From Phallusia mammillata (taxonomy: Eukaryota): 64,000 nucleotides of DNA. Within the stretch, counting starts at the first letter, position 1, and each line of letters opens with the position of its first letter. A program made the position numbers and the translations under genes. The stretch is taken from contig OZ281501.1 of NCBI GenBank assembly GCA_965637545.1, positions 6,882,001 to 6,946,000 on the forward strand, written 5' to 3'. Below, piece by piece: positions 36,301-48,447 of this stretch. The notes under the pieces are model-generated. The model did no database searches. It saw nothing but the letters and a program-made list of their open reading frames with translations, and was not told the DNA's origin.

Positions 36301-39300
36301 ACGTGAGCATCTCGCCTTGTTGCTTGCATTCGCAAAGACCGGATAAGGCATTTGCTAAGGCGATTGCATATACTTTTACTATTGCTTACGTTCTATTGCT
36401 TGGAACCTGATTATAAGGTCAGACACATTATTGATCGAATTGCCGTTCCATGGATACGTTTTGATTGTTATTTTACACATAACATTCATTAAAATATTTT
36501 CTGTCTTGCACTCTAGTCTACATTACACTACAATAAGTACACAAATGCTTTGCAGACATTACACAGTTAGCCAGTTGTTTTTCGTACTTGGCTACATTTA
36601 CTGAACGACCAACCTTTTAAACAATCAGATCTACTACAAATCTATCGATTGAGAGGCGTTTTTAATTTCGACATGTTTGTCTCAGAATATTTTACGGTTT
36701 TATAATATTATTTTTTTCATAAAGCGTTTTTTTCTCATAAAACTAAAAAAGTGCCCATATTACATAGGTACATGCTCTACTACGTTTTACATTTTAAAAC
36801 TAACAAGCATAAACAACTTCATATACTTGCAGCAATTCTTGACAATTTGACTATGTTTTGGTACAACGTCTATTGCATTTCCCTGGCTATATTGTAAATA
36901 CACTATAGTACCGCATTGAAACTTGCGAACTTGCAAAACAGTTTCCAACTTCAACTCTACGATATATAGTAAGCAAAACATATCAAATACCTTTCACGTA
37001 CATCATATCATTCTTACTGAAACATTACATCCGTACATGCTTATGTAACGCAAGTCTCTCTCAACAGGCCTTTAACCCTTGCATATATGAAATCAAACTC
37101 AACTGTTCACAATTACCAACGGGCACTTAGTTTATAGCAGAGCCTGAACGGAAACGACACTTTCTGCAACAAAGCTTACACCGCCAACCACAAAGACCGT
37201 CAGTTTACCGGCCTAATCCTGACCACTGCAATCAGCAAACACGCAGCGGCCAAGTTAAAAGAGACCGATTAACACCTTCACTAATTAGAAGCAACCCCTT
37301 CTGCATCTGTTCTTTGGCGCCCGCGCTTTATCGACTGTTAGTTACTTTTGGGCCGGGGATCCAAGTTTGTTTACATGCGTGTGCTGTATGTTTGTACATG
37401 TGTGTTGCTACGTACAACTTGTGGATTAATCACAGCGGACATTAACTCAAAAATATGCAACACAACTTAACAGCGCTTTAAATATTTTTTGTACCTTAAT
37501 GTGTATGTGATTTGCCCCAATAAAGAACATTTTAGGTTAATAAAGTGTACATCTTAAAATACACTTTTCAAAACCTTCGCATGAATAACTAGGTCGTCCA
37601 AAAAATATTTACATAAGTTCTAAATAAAACCCTGCAACGCACCACTACACTACAAAAAAAGCCCAAAGTAAACCGTTTATTACCCATGACTCAATATGGA
37701 CAATGAATTTCCCCCATAGAAAACCGATCAAATTTTCTACGAAAGTTTTACTGCGTCCGCGAAATTCCAAATTATGTTGCAGACTTGTTTTCAGAATTCC
37801 CCGATATTGTTTTTCTAATAGCAGCGTTAGGCGTTAACGAACCGCGTTTGACGGGAAATTGATCGTCAAAAATCGGCGGCAACAGGAAACAGGCTGTCGA
37901 GGTGCCGTTTCAATTTCGCCTCTTTGAAACATGAGAATATCCCATTTGCATTATGGTGGCGAAACCTAGGCATGGCAAAACATGCAAATGTGATGGGGTT
38001 TGACAAGTTGGTAATTTTTCTCCTGGATGCATTTGGTCGCGTAAATTCGCAAGTACTTAAAGCGCACAGCAAGTAATAACTAATAACAGGATATATATTA
38101 TTTCCAGAAGTTTAGAAATGTTTTTTTCTCGCTACATAACGTTAGGCATAGATGTATTAGATTGTCTATACAAGTGTCAAGCAATGTATACATTGATTTT
38201 AAACAATTTTTCACTTGACCAACTAATGTCCATATATTAGCACGCAGGTATTAGTTAGATATTAAAGACCAACCAAGTTTCCAAACCCCAAAGGCCCCCT
38301 ATGGCAAAATACCCGATTTAGAAAATCCAAAAGTTTTTTTTTTTTTCATCTGTTTTACATGAATACAAGAATAAATAAAACGGTTAAGGTACTACAGTTT
38401 TAAACCGCATGCTAAAAGGTTAGGAATTATAAGCCAATGTATATGGATCTAATCTATTTAAACCCTAAGCCCCCCTGTAGCTGAAATCGCAATGACTTCA
38501 AAACCTTGTGCATCGTAAAAAGATTATGCAGGGCAAAATCGGATGGAATCCAATTAGCAAAGGCAAGCCACGAATGCCGCTTGTCAAATGAAATAAAAAA
38601 TTCATGATTGTAATTAATTACAAGGCACGCCACTTTACTGTGGGTCGATGATAAATCCATGTTTATGATTTTTGGCCCAAGACGTAACCAGCTTTGACCT
38701 ATTTCTACCCATTGCGACATAAACAACTTTTTCGAATGGTTATTGTTAAATTTTTTATTTGCATGGTATGCTTTTTTTGTCTACAGCCTTGTAAGTGCGA
38801 TTGTGCCCTATTAGCTAACACTTTAGAAATAGATATAACTTTAAAATATCGAAATCGGAGTAATGGAGTATATAACAGGTGCTCAAGAAAGAAGAAGCAT
38901 TTTTGGTTACAACAAAATAAATGCGAGCGCAAATTTCTTTCTGAAATGTTTATCAAAATTTACTACGTCTCGCTGTTCGACAAGGCTTGTAATCCAGAAA
39001 CCATGGTTGTACAGTCCTTTTTTGGCTTAACCTTAAAGTATAGCAAATTTTGTCACACCATTTTTGAAAAATTTTAAATTTTGAAATTTTATGACCAATA
39101 TTGGATCACACAAAATGAGGCCCGATTCATGACTGAATTCTATTTGTTTATATGTGTATTACAAATCTTGGAAAAACAACGTTGATATATTGCACAAAAG
39201 TTTTGAATCACGACAACAAACACATTGACTTAGGTACAGCAGGCAAGTCACTACAGATCCAGGTGTCGCCATCAAAATAAAAAGTCGCCAATTTCGCTTT

Positions 39301-39561
39301 AATAATTACCTTATTTTCTGCAGCATGGAAGCGTAACGGACACAAACGCGAAACTAGTTATTACAACATTGTTGTCGCCACGCCGGAATAATCTTAGCTA
39401 TTGATGTTGAGGAACTTTTATACAACATAATTACCTTATTGTGCATATAAGTGTGTGTGATTTATATGGGCCCTTGGAATGATTGTGTTTGATATTTGGT
39501 GATTTCGGTTGTTGAGCATTTGTTGATTGTGTTATTGTAGCGTAAATTTTGTTTCACGTTA

Positions 39562-39775
39562 CAGAATTGTAAGCGGGCCCTAAACCTGCATGGGCCTGAA
39601 CCCAAGAGTACAAACCCAAAATACGTCATGAACCTGTGTTTACAGAAGCCTACCCGAATTAGGGCAAAATTTTGGTGGAATAACTGTGTGTGAAATCAGG
39701 TCCGAATCAAGCCCGTTATATTTGAACTTAGCCTGTCCCCAAACCCAACCCAAATCCCCGAACCCACTTACTCTG
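39562..39775. mobile_element. Degenerate MITE (cccgaa-rich family)
   Basis: Ends cagaattgtaagcggg / cccacttactctg resemble the 62592-62901 element. No TSD. Confidence 0.5.
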
Positions 39776-40358
39776 TTACACAACCCGAAGTTCATCAACA
39801 ACTATTGTTTTTTTTGTGGGAAGGCGGAGACACGATATAAATAATTATTTGTTGCAAAACCAAATGGGCGGTCAGTTAGTAACTGGGACACAAAAACGTT
39901 AAAGTATCCGAGGTGTAGCTTTATAAATAAATGTTGCGTTTTTCTTTAAACATTACCTTACGAACCAACAAGCTATGCTGGTGAAAATAACAAACACAAT
40001 GCTAGATAACAAACATGAATATTATAACAAAAATTTAACAAAGAGCTGTTGCAATAATGTGGTTAGCTAAAAATCCCCCCAATAAGTGTGAAAATTTAAT
40101 CAGTCCGTTTTAATATCCCTCTTGCATTAAATCGAGGTTATTTTATTTTCGCCAAACGGTTCGGAGAGGGCCAACAAGTCTCGATTGCGCGCTGGCAAAT
40201 AATTATCGGGTAATTTGTAGCGCTAGCTGGCTAAAATCGAACCTAACTTTGTTATTGTGGCAGACTCCACCCCAGTGCAACAAGTTTTCGCTATAGGGTC
40301 AACACATTTTGAAGATGAGAGGCCGAATTTGAGTGTCATTGCTACTGCTTGCGGCTAT

Positions 40359-40443
40359 CCAATCGATTGGGCTATTAGCCAATGAGAGCGACAGCCATCT
40401 TCGTATTGATTGGTCGAAGAGTTGATGACGTTGTGGGCACGTG
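40359..40443. promoter_or_regulatory. Orphan promoter-like cluster (4 CCAAT boxes, YY1-like site, E-box)
   Basis: CCAAT/ATTGG at 40359, 40366, 40379, 40409; GCCATCTT at 40394-40401; CACGTG at 40438-40443. Confidence 0.45.
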
Positions 40444-42684
40444 ATCGCTTTGAAGATATCAATTTCATGCGTCAAATTTTTTCAAGAGGTGATGCGAACT
40501 GATTTTCTGTAAATCGATGTAACGTATGCTTTGATCTGCTGGTGCATAAAAAACCCGGTCTAAGAAAGTGTTTTTAAACTAATGACTAGAATCACCGTGG
40601 AAGTGATTTTATGACAGTGTTACACTTCATTCCAATTGTTAAATACCCTTTGCACTGATGAAAAACAGCAATTGTTAAAACGTTTAAATTATTTGAAAGT
40701 ATTCATTTTATGTACAAGGGACCTTACAAGATATGTTTTTGCATTTTACTTAAGTCCATGCGTAGTTTTGGTAACAATTTTCAAAACTTTGGTGAATCTT
40801 CCTTGATTGACAAGGTGAGCAATTAAAGTGCCAAAAAGAGGGGACTTGAATGATGGAGTAAAAGTTAAAACCCCAAAGCCCGGCAAGGGATTACTTGCAA
40901 AAACAGCGTTATCTGAAAACCAAAGAGGCACAACTCAATGCTTTGGGCTCCTTAACATAACACTTTCTAAACCGGGAAATTCGTTGCTACTATCGCACAA
41001 ATTAGTTGAGTAAACAAATTGAAAGTTTTAACAAATGAAATAAAGTGAAGAGACTTTGATTGGTGTGTTGTGTAGGTACACTGCGGCCGTTGGTGCCGGT
41101 ACGCCGGAATTGCCCAGATTCCGTGGGAAACACGAATTACCGCAACTAATTATCGTAAATCGTTGCCTCAAACTTATGTTTCCGATTAGGCTCGCTAAGA
41201 GCTGTGGGCGTCACCTTTCCCTAGTCGCCCATTCAGCCTTCGATGTACTAGGCGGGGCAACAAAGGCGCAAAGAAAGTGCAAAACATGGCAACAACCCAT
41301 TCAAACAGAATAGCACTGGTTTCAGGTTGCTGCTGTTCGAGTGGGCCGCTCGTGTTTTTAGTCTCAAGCCATTGTCCTGCGCTGCGGCAATGTTTTGTCG
41401 CAGTCACCCAGCACAGAAGGAGTTTACACCAAACTCGTGTAGTCGAGTTTGATACAAACAGAGTCATTTTACGTGTAATTCACGCAGCGTAGTCTACTCT
41501 ACCTCACTGCATCTGCGTTTCTTTGCCCGCTGGGTTATGGGTATAAACAAAAACTGTGTAGTTGCTTCTACGCTCCGTTGGAAACGTTTGATTGCGCCAC
41601 AAACCATTTGCTTTGTTCTTTTGACGGTATTGCTATAATCAACAAACTAGTGAAAGGACTGTAGCGTTCGTTAGTCGAGGTAAGGTTTATTTTTCGTCTA
41701 GATGTCATGTATTAGACATCACCAACTGCTAACTCGCACTTTTGTTTAACTGCTGTGGCTTTTGTAAGCTACCAAATTAAGTTTTTTCTCCCACGCCAAG
41801 TAAAAATATAAAGCAGACCCGCTTAATATGCGACACGTTTTTTTTGTGAACTTTGCCAATATTTCTTGACAAATGCGTCGGCATAGCTTTAGAATTTTGT
41901 AATGACCATTTTAAAACACTATTTTCAAAACACAGTATGAAAGCCAAAATGTGATGAAGTTAAACGAAAAATAAAGTAACAACTACAAAACCTGTGTTGT
42001 AAACATCAATAGCCAAAATTCCAACATACTAAAATATATAAACTTCCTTACATAAAGGCAGTCATATTTTAGTATATACATACGTCAGTACTACGCAGAT
42101 AGTTTGCGTAATATTGATTTTTAATTAATTTAGACCCACTAACCATGTCCAAATACCGAAAAGGACTTTTCCAAAATTCTTTCCTCTTAAGGTTGTCTTC
42201 TACTCAAACACCCAAAATAGGCATTTATCTATAGCTCAACAAAAAATGGGTAAATTATAGCTTCTAAGGTTTATATTTTGCTTTGGATTTAGCTTGGGCA
42301 GATTTTGTAACAACTGCACTGTCCTTATGAAATATTAAAGCAACGATTTTTGCGTACAAGAAATAAATGTCAGTGCACATGGAGGGACAAAATCGGCAAG
42401 GCATGTAACTTTAATGTCACAGAATTTGAATCGGGTTCGATCCCTCGTGGCGTCATATCGGAAAATTTAACATTAGGCAAATGCTGATCTGATACATTGG
42501 ATTTATAAGCTCGTTTTGTAACGTGCATTATGCATGATGAATATTCTTCAAGACTGAAAACCTGAACCTGGGTTTTCGAAATCTACGGATGCCTAAATTA
42601 TGCGCATATTGTCGTAAAAACTATTATAATGTGAGTTATCCATGTTTCTTATCAGCACTTATTTGTGTCATCTAATCATTAATG

Positions 42685-42955
42685 CAAGGGTCGGTAACCC
42701 CTGGCGAAGTAGTTTTTCTTGGCACGCCAAACGATTTACGTGTTTATATTATACTATTGATTTAAATACAAGATTGCCTTTTTCAGTTTTTGATTATGCA
42801 ATACTCTTAAAATTCAACCAAAATGCACCCAAACCCCGCTTTTTCCTTACTTTTGAGATCAGCTGGCACAAGCGAATATGGTGGCACGGTAGGTCATTAA
42901 CACATAAAAATAACAAGTGAATAAGCACGGGACGCTTAAAAGGTTGCCGATCCCG
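42685..42955. mobile_element. hAT-like MITE, degenerate
   Basis: Ends caagggtcggtaacc / ggttgccgatcccg, internal tggcac repeats, partial TSD (..taatg). Confidence 0.65.
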
Positions 42956-45003
42956 ATCTAATGTTATCATTATTGACCCCTGATCTAATGTTATTATAAA
43001 TGTTATCAGATAAATTTAGTTGTCTTAATTCCACCCAAAAAATGAAGCTAACGAAAAGTATAGGTCGCGTAAGAATTCCACAAGTTTTGCAATTTGCAAA
43101 TGTAATATGGTTTGTTGTATTTCGAATGTTTTGGATTTTTTCAGTTTTTCATGTCTTTAAGCAGTTTAAAGCAGGCATAAAGATTTGGTTTGGATAAAGG
43201 CATGGATCATTTTCTTAGCAATCAGATCATAGGGTCTTTATACACATGATATAAAACACAAATGGACCTACAGTACTATTTTCTCATTTAAGAAATCGAA
43301 CAGTTACATTAAACTAGTAACAAATTGACACCTAAGTCACTACCTACGTTTAAACACCGGAAAAAAACACTACAATCTTTGGACAAAATAGAGACAGCTT
43401 CACCGCGTTTCGCATGAACGAGCACGGTCGCGCCAGGTAACCGTGCGTTACGCCTGATTGCGCAAAAACAGAAGTGTCAGGTTGCTTGTCGGAAAGAGAG
43501 AGGGAGTCAAGATTAATGTTCACGGTGCTTGATTGTGCAACGTTTAGCGAGGAAAAATATCTTGATGAATCGTGGCGGGTTTGAGTTTGTACAGGTTAGC
43601 TTGTTTTTCAAGAGGGGACTTGTTTTTTGTTGAAAATGCTGCCAACTGTAGAACACTTGACATTTCCGCAAAACCCAGACACGCGATAAGTTTGGCAAGT
43701 TGGTAGTTCCAAATTTCGAGTGTTTAAAAAGCGTAATCAAGACGAATTTTTTTTAATTCACATTTTAGGGAGCGTTTTTCGTTTGTTTCAATGCGCTTTT
43801 CCTTTGTGAAAATAATAATTTAAAATGTCAGACAAATATTTAAAACAAGGAGATACGCTTCTAACAACTTACCCGATTAAATAGTTTCAAACGAGTTAAA
43901 TTTTTTTTAAAAGGCATATTTACGTTGTGTACTCACATACTCAATAAGTTTATTTTTTTGTATTTTTACAGTTTTAGGAGTCTTTGGTGATTCGAGATTG
44001 TTACCGTCTTTCTTCAAACAAAACAACAATGAAAATATTTCAAATGACTGACGACTGTTTCAATTGACCCGATGGCAGTGTTTTGCTTTGGAGGTTTAGG
44101 TCACTGTACATGCCCAGGGTAAACAGCCCTTCCACGAGCAAACATTGTTTCGTAATCTTTGCTCCCTGGGCCCTATAACCCTGCACACCGTAAGAGCTTT
44201 TGGCATTCCGTGGATGCGACCAGTGGCATAGCGTGACAGGATTCTGTCAAGCAAGAACATACCACAAACTCCACGGAGTCCTGACGAGCGTTTTTGGTAA
44301 CCGGACACAGTTTAAGAGAAACGGAATCTTGGTTCAAAATCTAGTTTTGTCAAGAGAAAGCTATTTCTCTTCTTTGCAATAATTGAAAGTCTGTACGTTT
44401 GAAGTATTTTTGCAACTAGAAATCGTGGGAGGTGGGACTGATGACTTAGGTTCTCCATTAGGGTATCCTACTTCAGTAGAATAAGAGAAAAAATCCCTAC
44501 CTATTTTACAACAAGTTTTTGTCATGTCGAAACAACTTATAAATTTGACCCAAATAAGAAAACAATGCATGTAAAAAACGGCGTTTAACTTTTACTGACA
44601 GCAACATCTATAAACACCAGAGCACCAAACCACACACATGCAAGATGTTGCCATGAACACCAAAGATTTTGTCGGATGGATCAAACATCACTGTGTCACT
44701 TACGACACCTTGTGGGCGACAATGATATGTAAGAAAGACTGTCCAGAAAAGCAAGTAAAATTGGAGTTGCGGACATCGTCAATACCAAACCATTAATTTT
44801 TTAAATGTGCAATCCTGGTGTAGGCGTTTCGGGACATATAGGACATTGAAACGTTACTTTAGAACAAAAATCTGCTGGAAGAGCAACAATTGTAAAGAAG
44901 CAATGCGTCTGTTCCGTTGTGAATTTGTTGACAACAACCATTACTGAACACAAAACCACCTTTGAAACTAAGAAATTAAAAAAAACAAGTTTCCCAAAGG
45001 TCT

Positions 45004-47550
45004 CTAAAGGTCCAATTTGCCCTCAAACTGACTTGGATCAAAATCGAACCCGCCCGAAGGAGGTGGTGGGGCTTGATGTTTTTGGCCGCCTTCAGAGTCA
45101 GGACGCATTTCGCCCAATCGACCTAGGTACTCGGAATTGTCGTTTCCCAAGTACAAAAGACCATCAGTTCCCTCTGCCACATCTGTGATCCAGTCGTGTG
45201 TCTGTCCAGTAGGATCTTGTAAAGATTCAACTGCTGTTGCGTTCTGATGGATTTCGACAACGGTGGCGCGATACTCAAAGGCTAAACTGTTTACAAAGTG
45301 TAAAATATGGTTTAACACAGATATGTACAATGAAATATCAATTCAACAGTCGTACAGTGTTTATTTGGAGTCAATTTTATATTCAGAAAAAAATAATTTA
45401 TTCACAAATATCTAAAGATAGTGACATACGTTCAGAGTCAGTTTGACTTTTTAACATAAAAATCTTAATTTTATCTGATTTAAAAAGCATTTTTAGTTTC
45501 AAATAGCACCAACTGCCGTTGTCTTTGGAATCGGAGAAGTTTATAACTTACTTCTGTTTTAAAAAAATGACTGACACTGGTTGTTTTGCCCCTATTGACT
45601 ATTTTTTGACAAGCGTATTTCATTAATGAGTACAGTTTCGATGGCCACAACCCTGAAGCACAGGGTGATTCTTGTAGTCTGTTATAACATTTTCATAAAG
45701 CATGAATTTTACCAAGGCAAACCCACCTTCTAAGCATGGATTCAGGAAGCAAAGTACCAAGCAGCTTTCTAAGCCAAGGACGTGGAATCACATATTCCCA
45801 AAAACTGTCTTTCACAGCATGCACAGCGAGCCAAACAGTTCGGCGGCGATTTGAGACCAAACGTCCGGGGAGCCCGGGATAGTATTCATGGGATATGATT
45901 TCTGTGTTGTTGATTTGCATGACACTCACGCGCCCCCTACCGGCTTCCGAAATCAGCAGTTCGTCGCCGAGAGTGGTGACTTCGACCGACGTCGGGGTGC
46001 AAAGGCCTTCTTTGATTACACTTGATGTGTTTTGAACTAGATTGTAAGCTATAATACGACCCGTGCATTTTCCTGTCACAAAAAACAAGTTAATCGATTG
46101 TGACTTAAAAAAAACAAAGATAAATTTTGCTTAAGCAAGCAATAAAACGCAATAGATCCGTGGTTATTGCGGAGTTGTGAACAGGCATGAAAAACGAGTT
46201 TGAGTTAATGTTGTTTATACTTCCGTTTAAACGCGTAGAATATAAATACATATGTCAACTCAATACGATTATTTTTCGACATGAACATATAGCTCACAAT
46301 CCAAACACGGCATATTTTTTCCATGTTTTGTCGAAAAGTAACGCAATTTACCTTCCAACAGTTGTTTAACTAAGGTTCCAGCTCCATACTTTAGGTTGCT
46401 ATCCACAAGGTAAATAATACCCTTTTGAGAAAGAACGGCGTCAGATAAAGCTCTTATCGGGGGTGTGACGACATCTAGCGGTACTAGGACAGCTGATTTC
46501 TTTTCACGTGGGTCGATCGAGTGTAATCCCAGTTTGGGGTCAGAGACAAAAAGCAGTCCCATGCTGCATCGCATTGCTAAATACATCGGTACAGTTTATT
46601 AACGTATCATTGCTATAGTTATAAGCATTTTTCTGTGTGGCAAAAAAACTTTTTTTAGTATAGTTGTTGATAACATCAAAATTGATTCACAAAAAGAAAC
46701 TGACAAAATTTGTACATAAACAAAAATGGTAACTTTTTCAGCCTATAATTTGTTTAAGACCAAGCTAGTTGTGTAATAGTGTCTGAAAACATTATTTCAA
46801 GCCTTTGTAAGTTCATGAAAAAAAAAAGATTTAATAAAATAAAAATATGTTTGTATTTATTTTTTTTTTTTTTTATTTTTTCTTTTTTTTTTTCTTCACG
46901 GGGTTCGAACCCAGGAACCTCCCGGGGACGAATCCCGATCAGGTTTTTTATGTCTGTATATGGGTCAGGCGCGCCAGGCCCTTGAACCACCTGTCGGATT
47001 TGCAGATACGTGTAATAAATATTCAATTTCTCCAGCCCCTGGTTGACCATATTCGTCCTTTTTTAAAACAGATATTTTTCCACTTGCTTCGGCTACATAC
47101 ACCAGGGGTTGGTAATTATCGTAGCATACTGCTTGTGGGTATTTCAGTTTTCCAGCCTGACTTCTGAAACAAAATTTCAAAGCAATTGTATAATAGGCTA
47201 CGTCCATGCCTACACACAATTAATGTCAAAATTACAGAATGTCCTATGTTGTTATTGGCCTACTAACACTTAACTATACTGAACCTTCTTGCATTGTGTA
47301 ATATGTCGTTGATAGCAAATGCCCCACTCCATTCAACACTCTTGTTCCTATATTCTTCTATTGGAACAGGGTCCATTGAAGACATCGAGAGTGTCAACGT
47401 AAAGATAAGAGACAAAATCCCGGCCACAAATATGACTGGTGGCAAAATATATCTTGGGTTCAAAATCCAGAATACTCGTTTGACATTCTTGCGAATTATG
47501 GAATACCAAGAGCGTTTCTTTGGCTTTTGGCCGTACAAACGTTTGCCCAT
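45004..47550 (-). CDS. Strictosidine-synthase-like / APMAP-family type II membrane beta-propeller (~430 aa), divergent
   Basis: Exons 47285-47550, 46991-47163, 46352-46576, 45727-46072, 45004-45286, GT-AG and in phase. N-terminal TM (ILPPVIFVAGILSLIFTLTL), then GLLFVSDPKLGLHSID, IYLVDS...LLEGKCTGRIIAYN and SLQDPTG..ITDVAEG.DGLLYLG, collinear with APMAP. Confidence 0.88.
46855..46990 (-). mobile_element. tRNA-derived SINE-like element with poly(A) tail at the 5' end of intron 2 of the SSL gene
   Basis: Minus strand: A-box tggttcaaggg, B-box gggttcgaaccc, then a ~40-nt A-rich tail. Acceptor stem does not pair. Confidence 0.65.
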
Positions 47551-48447
47551 GATAGAATAAAAGATTTAACTGTGATGCTTCTAAGAACTGAAAAACAACT
47601 GACAGCACGAAATAAGTGTGTGTTTTTTGTAACTTTCTTCAATAGTTGTGAAAAATTTCCTTAGGGCCTGCGAGATGGTTTTAACTGTTCTACCTAAACA
47701 GTAAAAATATCCTTTGCTTAAATCTTGTAAGAAAACTGCTGTATGTAGCACAAATTTCAAACTACTTTGTCACATAAATTAGGTATTTTAAGCTTTGACC
47801 CTGTTGCATACATCACATTGCATAACATTTTCTATGACATGCCACGACTAGGCTACTGTATCGAAAATCATTTCACACACGTGCCGGTGTCGGCAAAGAC
47901 TACAAATCAGGCTGTTGTTTTGATAAGCAAACAGCTATTACGTGGAGGGTACAAATCCTTGACAGGGTTGAAAGAAATGACTCCAGTTTGTGCAAACTTT
48001 TTAAAACGGAGGTACATCAGATGTTAAAGAATGCAAAAAAGATTTTATGTGGTAAGGTGTTTTTTTACTCATAATATCTGTCAATCAACGTTTTTTTCGC
48101 AATAACGTTGCCGACAACTATGATTGCTAGCATGAATTCTTTATAACAGTGAAAAATCTCAGTTGATTAAATGTTTCAAGTTTGGGTTTAATTTGTTACC
48201 TTTTTGTTTTTTAAAAAAAAAATCAATATTTTAAATGGGGAAATCCCATATCTATGAAGTGCACTTTTTCACAACTGTGTTTCCCATTTAGAAATTTATG
48301 GGTTTTCAAAAATCATCACAAGCAATATCCAATACAAGTAAAGCACCATTACATTTGTGGTGCTATTGCCACATCTTCTCTACTCCAACAACAACATTAG
48401 TTGATCTTTTTATAAAATGCCATTCAATCCTTTTTTGATTGAACACA

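Noticed and set aside
42440-42460. Isolated B-box ggttcgatccc as a tRNA gene
   Set aside because: No cloverleaf or clear A-box; at most a SINE remnant.
44073-44111. miR-34-like seed TGGCAGTG in a weak hairpin
   Set aside because: Only ~9 bp of stem with a large unpaired loop, and the 3' part does not match miR-34.
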